60,715 nucleotides of DNA from Gemmatimonadales bacterium (GTDB lineage Bacteria; Gemmatimonadota; Gemmatimonadetes; Palauibacterales; Palauibacteraceae), in the NCBI GenBank assembly GCA_037385645.1, contig JARRMU010000024.1, forward strand, positions 1-60,715, read 5' to 3'. This document shows positions 57,863-60,715 of the stretch, piece by piece. The notes under the pieces are model-generated. The model did not search any database and was not told the DNA's origin. It saw only the letters and a program-made list of their open reading frames with translations. The first letter of the stretch is position 1. Each line of letters begins with the position of its first letter. The position numbers and the translations under genes were made by a program.

Positions 57863-60715
57863 ATGATTCGCATCCGTTGTTTTGGGGGAATCTCCGTCGA
57901 GGCCACAGACGGTGCGACGATCCACTTCCGGTCCCGCAAGCACGTGGCCCTTCTCACCTTTCTGGCCGCGAACCCGGATCGTGTACACGGGCGCGATGAA
58001 CTGGTACGTCTTCTTTGGGATTCACCGCTCTCCTCCGCCAGGCATTCACTCAGCCAGGCGCTGTACGATCTCAAGCGCAGATTGGGTGAGCTCTCGACCG
58101 AACGTTTCGGGGATGGGTTGCGGCTCGCGAGCGACATCGCGTTCGAGGGACGACAGTTCGAGGAAGCCGTAAAGCGCGACGATCTGCGAAGAGCCGTCGA
58201 TCTGTACCGTGGCGACTTCGCGGCCGCGTACGACCGCGTGGGCACGGATGCCTTCGAGAGTTGGATCGATGACGAGCGGCGCCGTTACCGGATCCTGGCT
58301 CAAGCGGCCCTCCACAGGTACGTCGAGCTGTGCGATGTCCAGGGCGATTGGGGTCAGATGTGTGTCGCCGCGGTGAAGTTGACGGGGATCAATCCGCTGA
58401 GCGAGAAGGCTCACCGGAGCCTGATGAGGGCACTTTGGCTCCACGGCGATCAAGCCTTGGCTCTCCGTCATTTCGCCGAGATCGAGGATCGGCTGTCCAC
58501 TGACTTGCCCGGAGGCATCTCCCCCGAGACGCAGGAACTGGTTCAGCGGATTCGAAGCTCGGCTCCACCGGCGCCCGACGGGATCAGCCGAGCCGAGCCG
58601 CCGATCGTAGGGCGCGAGCGGGAGTTCGCGCAGCTCCGTGAGCTGGTCGACTCGGCTCGCCGAAGCGAAGGAGTCCTGGCGGTCGTGCGCGGTGAGGCTG
58701 GAATCGGCAAGACGCGCTTGAGCGCCGAGCTAGCCCGCTGCGCAGCGGTGGAAGGCGCGCGAGCTTTGAAAAGCCGCTGCTACGCAGCCGAAGAAGATGT
58801 AGCCTACGGGCCGGTTCTGGATGCGCTACGCGAGTTCTCCGATCTCATCTGCTCGAAGGAAGGAGCTGATGGCCCGCTCTACCCTCACATTGGGCAACTA
58901 CTCCGATGCGAGCCGGCCCCGGACGCTGGCGTCGATCTCGAGGCCGATCTCGCGGGCGAGCGCCGCCGGTTGTATGAGGAGATAGTCGGTCTAATCTCCA
59001 CGTTGTGCGAGGATGCCACTACGATTTGGATTGTCGACGACGTCCATTGGATAGATGGCTCCTCCGCTTCGCTGTTAAGCTACTTGATTCGCAGGCTGGC
59101 GGATCGCCGCTTCCTTCTGCTCGTCACCGTTCGAGACCCCGGGGAGCTGAGCGCCGCATGCCGCAAGCTTCTCCGTGACCGCTCGACGGATCAGCAGGCC
59201 ACGACGCTCTCCCTCGATCCGCTGTCGCTCGAAGCCGTACGATCGTTGATCGAGGGGTTCGAGGTTACGACCACCACCGATCTTCCAGAGAGGGTTCACA
59301 GGTTGTCCGGAGGGAATCCTTTTCTCGCACTCGAGCTGCTGCGGGACGCGGGTTCTCTGACGACGCCAGAGACCGAGGGTCTAGCTGGTGAGGCCCTTCA
59401 GTCGGATCGCGTGCGCAGCCTGCTGCAGACGCGCTTGCAGGGACTGGCTCCGAGTTCGATCCGACTCCTCGAGGCGATTGCCGTATTGGGAAGAAACGCG
59501 ACTCCCGCCCATGCGGCGGACGCTGCGGGGCTGACTCTTAAGGAGGCCTCGGATGTGTCGGACGAGCTCTATGCCCGCGGGATCCTCCGCGATGTCGACA
59601 AACAGCTCGAGTTCGCGCATGACATGACAAGGGAGTTCGTATATCACAACCTAGGAGGCGTACGGAGGGCCTCGCTTCACCTTTTCGTCGCCGAGGCTCT
59701 CGCGCGGGACGTCCAGGTGACGCTGCCAACTATCGCACGCCACTTCCACCTCGGCGGCGATCGCGCTCGAGCCTTCGAATACGGGATCCGCGCGGCCAAG
59801 GAGTCCATCGCTTCGTTCGGCCACGAGGAGGCGAAGTCCATGGCTTCCCTCGCCCTCTCACAAGCTGTCAGCAACGAAGAGCGGTATGCGGCGCTTGAGA
59901 TCATCGGTCGCTCTGCGTTTGCCCTTGGCCAGCTTGACGTCGCCGAGGAGCGCCTGAGTCAGATTTTGGGGTTAGACAGCGGTGTCGTCGCGCGGGATCG
60001 AGTACAAGCACATCTGCTGCTAGGCCGCATTCGACTGGAGAACTCAGATTGGCGAGGCGCCAAGGATGTCCTTCAGGCGGCGGACATCGCAAGCCTCAAA
60101 TCGCCAAGCGACCAGCTAGAGACCAAGCTGTGCTCTCTGTCACTGCAACTGAAGGGTGCCATGCGGCAGCTTGACGGTCAGCTTGCTCGCCAGATCAGCG
60201 CCGAGATCCGCCAAACGCACGCCCTCGGAGTGGATCGGCGGATTCTCACCGACGTGGCGGCGGCGCGCAGCTACTATAGCCTGGCCGCCTACGCTGCTTT
60301 CTTTGAATCCGTTACTGAGGCTGATGAGTTAGTGAGTCGAGCGTGGCGGCACTGTTCAGACGTTCCTGACGAGCTGTCTGTCCGCGTTCTGTTAATGCGA
60401 GGTGTGGTGAAGTCGCACAGAGCTTTATGGGACGAGGCGATTGCAGTCTTCCGACAAGCCCTGGCGCTAGCCATGGAGAAAAACCAGGTGCTTGAGACCG
60501 GAATCGCTTTAAACAACCTTGCGTATTGCGCCCTCGAACAAGCCGAATGGGCTCAGGCAGAAGAGTACTGTCGCGCCAGTATGGGTACCTACAGCCAGTT
60601 GCCACCCGACACGTATGTCACCGCACCGCCTCTGACCAATCTGGGAGACGTCTTTTTCTTCCAGGGATTTGCTCGAAAAGCACTCCCCGTTTATGAGAAA
60701 GCACTTCGCGAGACA
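57863..60715 (+). CDS. SARP/BTAD-AAA ATPase-TPR transcriptional regulator (runs off window end)
   Basis: Absent from the ORF track because it has no stop in the window. Translated by hand: RDELVRLLW...SLSQALY, LYRGDF, FESWI..ER, VGRERE, Walker A GEAGIGKT at 58691, VDDVHW, GGNP, TPR-like tail. Confidence 0.9.
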   Translation, partial: MIRIRCFGGISVEATDGATIHFRSRKHVALLTFLAANPDRVHGRDELVRLLWDSPLSSARHSLSQALYDLKRRLGELSTERFGDGLRLASDIAFEGRQFEEAVKRDDLRRAVDLYRGDFAAAYDRVGTDAFESWIDDERRRYRILAQAALHRYVELCDVQGDWGQMCVAAVKLTGINPLSEKAHRSLMRALWLHGDQALALRHFAEIEDRLSTDLPGGISPETQELVQRIRSSAPPAPDGISRAEPPIVGREREFAQLRELVDSARRSEGVLAVVRGEAGIGKTRLSAELARCAAVEGARALKSRCYAAEEDVAYGPVLDALREFSDLICSKEGADGPLYPHIGQLLRCEPAPDAGVDLEADLAGERRRLYEEIVGLISTLCEDATTIWIVDDVHWIDGSSASLLSYLIRRLADRRFLLLVTVRDPGELSAACRKLLRDRSTDQQATTLSLDPLSLEAVRSLIEGFEVTTTTDLPERVHRLSGGNPFLALELLRDAGSLTTPETEGLAGEALQSDRVRSLLQTRLQGLAPSSIRLLEAIAVLGRNATPAHAADAAGLTLKEASDVSDELYARGILRDVDKQLEFAHDMTREFVYHNLGGVRRASLHLFVAEALARDVQVTLPTIARHFHLGGDRARAFEYGIRAAKESIASFGHEEAKSMASLALSQAVSNEERYAALEIIGRSAFALGQLDVAEERLSQILGLDSGVVARDRVQAHLLLGRIRLENSDWRGAKDVLQAADIASLKSPSDQLETKLCSLSLQLKGAMRQLDGQLARQISAEIRQTHALGVDRRILTDVAAARSYYSLAAYAAFFESVTEADELVSRAWRHCSDVPDELSVRVLLMRGVVKSHRALWDEAIAVFRQALALAMEKNQVLETGIALNNLAYCALEQAEWAQAEEYCRASMGTYSQLPPDTYVTAPPLTNLGDVFFFQGFARKALPVYEKALRET

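Overview
High-GC bacterial chromosome segment close to the replication origin. The gene repertoire and origin-region gene order suggest Gemmatimonadota or a similar lineage, but this is inference. The window opens with yidC-mnmE-(Fpg/Nei-like, acyP)-mnmG, then two parS sites, parA, parB, an M23 peptidase and a bactofilin. Next come a Ca/Na antiporter, an AbrB-PIN module whose toxin looks degenerate, a 2-oxoacid dehydrogenase E1a-E1b-E2 operon, ygfZ, outer-membrane proteins, yitJ, a fused aconitase-family enzyme, patatin and several peptidases. The most interesting part is 37.7-47.4 kb. It holds a four-gene sphingolipid-type operon (Spt, bCerS-like GNAT, CerR-like SDR, Aur1/IPC-synthase-like PAP2), an ECF sigma/ZAS anti-sigma/PDZ unit, and a LuxE-LuxC fatty-acid reductase pair with no luciferase. 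Four genes between 33.5 and 41.1 kb, including spt and the PAP2 gene, carry apparent short internal deletions, which may be real decay or assembly artefact. No rRNA, tRNA, CRISPR array or transposase was recognised. All calls come from motif recognition by eye; no searches were run.
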